Part shown: in pieces, positions 1-6,130 of the stretch
How positions within the stretch are numbered: the first letter of the stretch is position 1
Layout: the number at the start of each line of letters is the position of its first letter
NCBI GenBank assembly: GCA_030754595.1
Contig: JASLZZ010000068.1
Span: forward strand, 1 to 24,530
Origin: Nitrospinota bacterium
GTDB taxonomy: Bacteria > UBA8248
DNA: 24,530 nucleotides
Direction: 5' to 3'
Notes under the pieces: model-generated
The model's database searches: none
What the model was told of the DNA's origin: nothing
Seen by the model: only the letters and a program-made list of their open reading frames with translations
Program-made: the position numbers and the translations under genes

Positions 1-141
1 CCCGCCGGGGCGGATATCTGGGTGCGCGCCGGGGTTCTCTCCCTCGAAGTCATCGGAGGTACGGCGGCCTATCTACTTGTTTCGTGGCTTGTCATGCCCG
101 ATTCGGCGGCGCTTTGTCGCACTGCACTGAGACGGGCCTGA
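1..141 (+). CDS. 3' end of a membrane protein gene truncated by the window edge, possibly lipid II flippase MurJ/MviN
   Basis: Frame 1 is open from base 1 to TGA at 139-141 (PAGADIWVRAGVLSLEVIGGTAAYLLVSWLVMPDSAALCRTALRRA*). It has a hydrophobic helix with a G-x3-Y pattern and a basic tail, reminiscent of MurJ C-termini. Too short to identify firmly. Confidence 0.45.
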   Translation, partial: PAGADIWVRAGVLSLEVIGGTAAYLLVSWLVMPDSAALCRTALRRA

Positions 142-149
142 GGTCGGAA

Positions 150-1133
150 ATGGTCAGGCCGCGGGGATCGAATCCGGTGAAACGAGGCAGGCGGCCAAAC
201 GGGGAAAATAGGGGGGCGGCGGAGGCGGGATTACTTAAAGAAAATTATCAAGAAAACATACGTAACTATCAAAATTATTTACTGATAGAGCGACGAATGT
301 CGCCAAAATCGGTAGAGAGCTATACCCATGATACCCGGGTTTTCCTCCTGTGGGCCCAGCGGCGAAAAATAACCGACCTGCGCTTCCTGTGCCGCGATGA
401 GGTGGTCGCCCACATCACCCACCTCCGGAAAGAGGGCCGGGCGGACACCACCTTGAGGAGGCATCTGGCCGCGCTCAGAGTTTTTTCCCGCTATCTTCTC
501 ATGGAAAAATGGATCGACGCGGATTTCACGGCTGATATTTCCTATTCCGCGTCCTGGAAAAGACTTCCCAAAACGCTTTCAAGCGATGAGGTGGATCGCC
601 TCCTCGCGGCGCCGGATGGCCAAACCCCCGAGGGCGTTCGGGACGGTGCGATGCTGGAGATACTTTATGCCACCGGAATGCGGGTGAGCGAGTTGGTGGG
701 ACTGAAAATCCCTCAGATTCATCTCGACGCGGGTTTTTCCATCGTACAAGGGAAAGGGGACAAGACCCGCCTAGTTCCGGTGGGCGACCTTGCCCGGGAC
801 CGGGTCAGGGAGTATCTCGAGACCGCCCGCTCCGCCCTTCTCAGGGGCCGGCCCTCGGATTTCGTCTTCGTCACCCGGCGCGGGGGGGGCATGACGCGGC
901 AAGCCTTCTGGGTCCGCCTGAAGAGATGGGCGCTGGTGGCCGAGATTGATCGGCCGGTGAGTCCCCACATGCTCCGCCACAGCTTCGCCACCCACCTGCT
1001 CCACCACGGGGCTGATTTGAGGACTATCCAGTCGATGCTGGGACACGCTGATATCTCGACCACGGAAATTTACACCCATATCGACAGGGATTCCCTGAGG
1101 GACACGCTGGATGGGCATCACCCGAGGGGGTAG
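150..1133 (+). CDS. xerD: Site-specific tyrosine recombinase XerD
   Basis: Catalytic set present: YATGMRVSE (R), GKGDK (K), HMLRH (HxxR), LGHAD (H), TEIYTH (Y). XerD-type TRQAFW and C-terminal HHPR. Start placed at ATG 150 (GAGGT at 140-144), because the ORF-track start at 84 overlaps the upstream CDS. Confidence 0.92.
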   Translation: MVRPRGSNPVKRGRRPNGENRGAAEAGLLKENYQENIRNYQNYLLIERRMSPKSVESYTHDTRVFLLWAQRRKITDLRFLCRDEVVAHITHLRKEGRADTTLRRHLAALRVFSRYLLMEKWIDADFTADISYSASWKRLPKTLSSDEVDRLLAAPDGQTPEGVRDGAMLEILYATGMRVSELVGLKIPQIHLDAGFSIVQGKGDKTRLVPVGDLARDRVREYLETARSALLRGRPSDFVFVTRRGGGMTRQAFWVRLKRWALVAEIDRPVSPHMLRHSFATHLLHHGADLRTIQSMLGHADISTTEIYTHIDRDSLRDTLDGHHPRG

Positions 1134-1167
1134 CGAAATAATTACGTAAACAAGAGCCTGTTTCATG

Positions 1168-1196
1168 TTGACGCCCCCAAGGGGGGGGCGTACGAT
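1168..1196 (+). promoter_or_regulatory. Sigma70-type promoter for the phoH operon
   Basis: TTGACG (1168-1173), 17-bp spacer, TACGAT (1191-1196). The inverted repeat ACGCCCCC/GGGGGCGT spans the spacer. Confidence 0.7.
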
Positions 1197-1247
1197 CCAG
1201 CCCGTTGGAGCAGGGACCAACGACTTCAGGTGAGGAGATATTGTCTT

Positions 1248-2204
1248 TTGGTCACGAGGATTTCCGCAACGCCTCTTGAGGGTTCGGACCATCTGATTCA
1301 CCTGATCGGGAACAGGGATGAGTCCCTGAGAACGGTTGGAAAAGCCTTCGGCGTGAAGATTCGGATCGCGTCCGAGGGATTTCTGGCGGAAGGGCAACTC
1401 GAATCGGTTGAGGGCGCGCTTCAGTTTTTCGATGAACTCTCGGCCAGGATCGATGAGGGCTACAGATTTAACCCGTCCGAGGTCGGCGTTCTCGCCCGGA
1501 CGGTGGCCAAGGGCGACGGGCTCACGTTGAACGATCTGGTCTCGGCCAGGGTCGCCATGCCCTCGAAGAAGCGCCACGTGATTCCGAAAGGGGTGGCCCA
1601 GAAGGACTACCTCGAAGCCATCCGGGCCTGCAACCTGACCTTCGGAATCGGACCCGCCGGGACGGGGAAGACCTACCTGGCGATGGCGATGGCGGTTTCA
1701 GGCCTCATGGAGAAGGCCTACTCCAGAATCGTGCTGACCCGACCCGTCGTTGAGGCCGGCGAACGGCTGGGCTTTTTGCCCGGGGATTTGCAGGACAAGG
1801 TTAATCCTTATTTTCGGCCCTTGTTCGATGCCCTTCACGACATGGTGGATTTCGAGCGGGCCGAGCGGTTTCTCCAACGGGGGGAAATCGAAATCGCGCC
1901 GCTGGCCTATATGAGAGGCCGATCGCTGAACGACTCGTTCGTCATACTTGACGAGGCGCAAAATACCACGCCCGAGCAGATGAAAATGTTTTTGACGCGC
2001 ATGGGCTCCGGGAGCAAGGCCGTTGTGACAGGCGACATTACCCAGATCGACCTTCCCGACTCGGCGGGATGCGGGTTGATTCACGCCAGAGACGTTCTCG
2101 GCGGGCTCGATGAAGCCCGCCTCATTCAATTTACCCAGCGGGACGTGATCCGGACGGAGTTGGTCCGGAAAATCGTACAGGCCTATGAGGCCCACCGCGG
2201 CTAA
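1248..2204 (+). CDS. phoH: PhoH family ATPase/RNA helicase (YbeZ-like)
   Basis: GPAGTGKTYLA Walker A, RIVLTRP, GERLGFLPGDL, APLAYMRGR, LDEAQN, GDITQIDL. Likely TTG start at 1248 (AGGAG at 1233-1237); GTG 1230 is an alternative. Confidence 0.95.
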   Translation: MVTRISATPLEGSDHLIHLIGNRDESLRTVGKAFGVKIRIASEGFLAEGQLESVEGALQFFDELSARIDEGYRFNPSEVGVLARTVAKGDGLTLNDLVSARVAMPSKKRHVIPKGVAQKDYLEAIRACNLTFGIGPAGTGKTYLAMAMAVSGLMEKAYSRIVLTRPVVEAGERLGFLPGDLQDKVNPYFRPLFDALHDMVDFERAERFLQRGEIEIAPLAYMRGRSLNDSFVILDEAQNTTPEQMKMFLTRMGSGSKAVVTGDITQIDLPDSAGCGLIHARDVLGGLDEARLIQFTQRDVIRTELVRKIVQAYEAHRG

Positions 2205-2266
2205 ACCGCCCCCATACTCGACTACCCAAAACCACCTATACGACATGTATTCTTGAGGATTCTCAA

Positions 2267-4738
2267 TTGAATCAGCTGACCGGAAACGCAAAAGCGTCCG
2301 GAAAAGGCAAAAACGGGGCCCCGCGAAAGCACCACTCGAAGGAGGGCCGCATCCGGAAGTATTGGAATGCCGCCCTCGAGTCGAAGGTCTTTCCCTGGGT
2401 GTTGGGCGCCACCCTCGCCGCCGCGCTGTCGCTCCTGATAACAACAGGCCTGACCGTCAAGTCGGCCGACTACCAGGCCGGCGACATCGCCCGGCGAGAC
2501 ATCAAGGCTCCCAGGGATATGCGTCTTGAAGATGCCGCGGCCACCGAGGCGCTCCGCGAGCAGGCGCGGGAGAAGGTCCTGCCGCACTACGATGTGGACC
2601 CCAAGCTAAAGGAGAGGCTGGAGCGGCAGGTCCGGAGCGCGTTCGAATTGATCCAAAAGGCGCAGGCGGGCCAGTCCGCCACCGTCAGGAACCGACTGCT
2701 CAATCTCCGAGCGAAAACCGGGGGCGGCACCCTCATCGATGAATCCCGGGTCTACCGGGAATTGTTTCGCTCCAAGACGTTTCATTCCGCGGAAACCGCT
2801 CTTGGCCGTTCGCTGAGCGGAGCGCTCTCACCGGGGCTCATCCGGGTATTCCGTAAAGAGCGTTACGCCCCGTGGATTGGAGAGGACATCCTGAAGCTTG
2901 TCCGGGCCGCTCTCTCGAGAGGGATCGTCAGCGACAACCGCCTCTACACCCTCCACACGGTTAAAGGAATCATCGTCCGGGATATCCGCACCGGAAACAG
3001 GGTGCCCCTTCCGGCCTCCTTCGAGCCTCTGGAACTCAGGAAAGTGGAAAAATTCCTCGTCCGCCAGGCGGAGAGCAAGAAACTGCCGTTTTCTTCCTCC
3101 GGGCGCGCGCTCCTGGCGGCCCTGGCGGCGCGGCTGGTTCAACCCACCCTGAACTTTAACAACCAGGATACGGTCGAGGCCCAAAAACGCGCGGCGGAGA
3201 AAGTGGCGGCGGCGAGCCGGGTGCTCAAGAACGGGGAGATGATCGTCCGCGAAGGGGAACGGATCAGCGAAAGCAAGCTGGCGACGCTCCGCGCACTCGA
3301 GAGAAAAGGGCGCCAGGCCTACATCGTTGACAACTTCCTTGGCACCTCCATTTTGATCGCCTTCTTTCTGGGTTTCGCTTGGACCGCCGCGCAGCGCTAC
3401 GACTTGGGACTCCTCAGGGCTCCCAGGAGCGTGGGTCTGTTCGTTTTGCTGCTGCTCGCCCACGCGGTTTTGCTCAAACTCGGCACACTTTTGGCCAACG
3501 AACTACAAGAGACGGCGCGCGGGGTTGACGTATTCACCTACTACCTGGCGATCCCCTTGGCTTCCGCCGCGATGCTGGCGGGCATCCTTCAAGGCCGATC
3601 GACGGCGGTTTTGATGGCTGTCATGTCGGCGGCGCTCACCGGCCTGTTGATTCCCGGTGACGTGCACTTCAGTCTCATTGCGTTGGCCGGCGGCACCTAT
3701 GCCGCGATTAATTGGAAGGACTACCGGCACCGCACATCCATCCTCGTCGCGGGCTTGATGATCGGTCTGGCGAACGCCGCCCTTGTTTTCGGCTTCAACC
3801 TCCAAGGCGGTCTCCGCTTCGCGATGGAGAGGTGGGCGGACGTGCCCTTCGCCTTCGCCGGCGGCCTAGCTAACATTATTATCGTTTCAGCCGTCATGCC
3901 GCTTCTCGAGGCGGCCTTCAAGCTAACGACCGACATGAAACTCCTGGAACTCTCCGATCAGAACCATCCTCTCCTCCGCCAGCTCGTGGTCCGGGCGCCG
4001 GGCACCTACCACCACAGCCTCATTGTCGGGAACCTCGCCGAGGAAGCCGCCGAGGCCGTCAAGGCGAATCCGCTGCTCATCCGGGTCGGGGCCTACTTTC
4101 ACGATGTCGGAAAAATCGTCAAGCCCGAATACTTCATCGAAAATCAGGGGCAACTGAACAGACACGACAAGCTCAGCCCCTCGATGAGCGCGCTTATTCT
4201 CATCAGCCACGTCAAGGAAGGTCTTGAAATGGCGCGGAGTCATAAGCTGCCCAAGGAGATATGCGATCTGATCTGCCAGCACCACGGCACCTCGCTCATC
4301 CGCTACTTCTTCGAGAAAGCCAAAGAGCAGGAGGCCGAAGGGTCGGACATCCACGAGGAGGTCTACCGCTATCCCGGTCCCCGGCCCCAAACCCGCGAGG
4401 CGGGTATCCTGTTGCTCGCCGACATGGTGGAGGCCGCCTCGCGCTCCCAGGCCGACCCTTCCCCCGCGCGGCTGGCCGGCCTTGTCGAGCGCCTTGTGCA
4501 GATGGCTTTCACCGACGGCCAACTCGACGATTGCGACCTCACCCTCCGCCATCTGAGTCAGATCCGGGAGGCCTTCCTCCGGGTGCTGGCCGGCATCTAT
4601 CACCACCGAATCATCTACCCCGAAAAGTCATCATCCGAGCGGAAAGGAAACAATGGGGATATCCATCACAAACCGGCAAAGGAAGGCGCGCATCAGCCTC
4701 GCGCGGCTACGCCGGCGGGCGGCGGCGGTCCTGGATAA
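2267..4738 (+). CDS. pgpH: 7TM-HD phosphohydrolase, PgpH/YqfF-like (putative cyclic-di-AMP phosphodiesterase)
   Basis: N-terminal TM helix, large extracytoplasmic domain and about 7 TM helices. HD domain motifs APGTYHHS, YFHDVGK, YFIENQ, QHHGT, YPGPRP and LADMVEA. Conserved phoH-(7TM-HD)-ybeY order. TTG start with GAGGA SD. Confidence 0.88.
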   Translation: MNQLTGNAKASGKGKNGAPRKHHSKEGRIRKYWNAALESKVFPWVLGATLAAALSLLITTGLTVKSADYQAGDIARRDIKAPRDMRLEDAAATEALREQAREKVLPHYDVDPKLKERLERQVRSAFELIQKAQAGQSATVRNRLLNLRAKTGGGTLIDESRVYRELFRSKTFHSAETALGRSLSGALSPGLIRVFRKERYAPWIGEDILKLVRAALSRGIVSDNRLYTLHTVKGIIVRDIRTGNRVPLPASFEPLELRKVEKFLVRQAESKKLPFSSSGRALLAALAARLVQPTLNFNNQDTVEAQKRAAEKVAAASRVLKNGEMIVREGERISESKLATLRALERKGRQAYIVDNFLGTSILIAFFLGFAWTAAQRYDLGLLRAPRSVGLFVLLLLAHAVLLKLGTLLANELQETARGVDVFTYYLAIPLASAAMLAGILQGRSTAVLMAVMSAALTGLLIPGDVHFSLIALAGGTYAAINWKDYRHRTSILVAGLMIGLANAALVFGFNLQGGLRFAMERWADVPFAFAGGLANIIIVSAVMPLLEAAFKLTTDMKLLELSDQNHPLLRQLVVRAPGTYHHSLIVGNLAEEAAEAVKANPLLIRVGAYFHDVGKIVKPEYFIENQGQLNRHDKLSPSMSALILISHVKEGLEMARSHKLPKEICDLICQHHGTSLIRYFFEKAKEQEAEGSDIHEEVYRYPGPRPQTREAGILLLADMVEAASRSQADPSPARLAGLVERLVQMAFTDGQLDDCDLTLRHLSQIREAFLRVLAGIYHHRIIYPEKSSSERKGNNGDIHHKPAKEGAHQPRAATPAGGGGPG

Positions 4739-5186
4739 ACTCCACCCGCCCGATGATTCGTCCACCGGCCACGACATTGACATTGCCATCGTGTGCGACC
4801 GCACGATGCGGAAGCTGAATCGGCAGTTTCGAAACATCGACGAGACGACGGACGTTCTCTCTTTTCCCTCCGCGCCGTTTCCGGCCGAAGGGTTTTCCGG
4901 CCAGGGGCCGGACGATTTCAACTCTGCCCAGGAACACAATCATATCGGCGACGTCGTAATCTCCATCGGCGAGGCGTTGCGCCAAGCCGGAGAAGACGGG
5001 GTGTCGATCGATGTGGCGATCGATCGCTTGCTCGTCCATGGGGTTTTGCATCTCCATGATTTCGAGCACGACTCCGCGGGGGGAAGTTCGCGGATGCGCC
5101 GAAAGGAAAACGCTCTGTTGAAAATGCTTCACGGCGTCGGCCTTCCCGGATACGCGGTGCGGGGGGGCGCGGCTCGAAAGGGTTAG
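4653..5186 (+). CDS. ybeY: rRNA maturation endoribonuclease YbeY
   Basis: MRKLNRQFR, TDVLSF, IGDVVIS and the HGVLHLxxxxH zinc triad. AAGGA SD upstream. Overlaps the preceding gene by 86 nt. Confidence 0.9.
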   Translation: MGISITNRQRKARISLARLRRRAAAVLDKLHPPDDSSTGHDIDIAIVCDRTMRKLNRQFRNIDETTDVLSFPSAPFPAEGFSGQGPDDFNSAQEHNHIGDVVISIGEALRQAGEDGVSIDVAIDRLLVHGVLHLHDFEHDSAGGSSRMRRKENALLKMLHGVGLPGYAVRGGAARKG

Positions 5187-5216
5187 GACTCAGCCGGGCG
5201 GGGGAGATTCGAGAGC

Positions 5217-5738
5217 TTGGAACCACTCTGGGTGCCTTGGCGCATGGAATACATTCATCGGGACAAAACCGCCGGGGGTGGCTCGGGGGAGGGCGGTTGC
5301 GTTTTCTGCGGGGTGCTCAAGGAGGAGGACGGCCCCGGCAATCTGGTCCTCCACCGAAGCGAGCTGGCCTACGTGGTGTTGAACAAGTACCCCTACTCCA
5401 ACGGCCATCTCATGGGCGTCCCGAACCGCCACGTGAGGGAATTCGAGGCCCTCGGCGGGGAAGAGGGCGCGGCGTTATTCCGTTTGGTTCAAGAATGCAT
5501 CTCCATCCTGAGGCGGACGCACGGAGCGCAGGGGTTCAACGCGGGCATGAATCTGGGCAAGCTCGCCGGAGCGGGGATCGATCCCCACCTGCACTTCCAC
5601 GTGGTTCCCCGGTGGGAGGGAGATCATAACTTCATGTCTGTCCTCGGAGAGGTCAGGGTCATTCCCGAACACATTGAATCCACCTACGAAAACCTGAGGC
5701 GGGTTTTCGCAGAAAGCCTCGGGGAATCGCCGGTGTAA
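5217..5738 (+). CDS. HIT family nucleotide hydrolase/phosphorylase (Ap4A-type)
   Basis: LWVPWRMEYI N-terminus, CVFC, LNKYPYSNGH, GFNAGMNLG and the HLHFHVVPRW histidine triad. Confidence 0.9.
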   Translation: MEPLWVPWRMEYIHRDKTAGGGSGEGGCVFCGVLKEEDGPGNLVLHRSELAYVVLNKYPYSNGHLMGVPNRHVREFEALGGEEGAALFRLVQECISILRRTHGAQGFNAGMNLGKLAGAGIDPHLHFHVVPRWEGDHNFMSVLGEVRVIPEHIESTYENLRRVFAESLGESPV

Positions 5739-5748
5739 GGGAAAGCGA

Positions 5749-6129
5749 ATGGGCGCTTTACGATTGTTGCTGGGGCTAATTGTAGCGATGGCCGTCGTCA
5801 GCTTCGGGGTGGTGAACATGGAGCCCGTTCCGGTGACCATTCACCGCCTCGGAACCCACCGAATTCCGCTGTTCTATGTCCTCCTTGTCTTTTTTGGCGG
5901 GGGTTTTCTGTTCGCCTGGATAGGGGGTCTTTTCGACAGGATTCGCTTTTACTCCCGCTTGCGTGGCTTCCGCAAGGATAATCGCGCGCTCAAACGTAAA
6001 CTCGATGAGGCCCGGGAGGAGAGCGGCCGCCTCCTGCCACCGGCGCCGGACTCGAACGGAGAGGCCGCGAGCCGGATTCAAGTCTCCGGTCAAGAATCGA
6101 GGCCGGGGACTTCAGGGGAGAGGAGCTGA
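5749..6129 (+). CDS. lapA: LapA family (lipopolysaccharide assembly protein A-like) membrane protein
   Basis: Two TM helices joined by the FGVVN-x3-V-x-I loop and a PL motif, followed by a basic coiled-coil-like segment (RLRGFRKDNRALKRKLDE). This is the LapA/YciS architecture. Confidence 0.7.
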   Translation: MGALRLLLGLIVAMAVVSFGVVNMEPVPVTIHRLGTHRIPLFYVLLVFFGGGFLFAWIGGLFDRIRFYSRLRGFRKDNRALKRKLDEAREESGRLLPPAPDSNGEAASRIQVSGQESRPGTSGERS

Positions 6130-6130
6130 A

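Noticed and set aside
84..1133. xerD as an integrase of a prophage or genomic island
   Set aside because: It has chromosomal XerD signatures, sits among housekeeping genes, and has no att-like or cargo genes nearby.
1125..1152. dif-like site right after xerD (TTACGTAAACA resembles a XerD arm)
   Set aside because: With a 6-bp spacer the left arm (AGGGGGTAGCG) lacks the ATAA of a XerC arm. At most a half-site resemblance.
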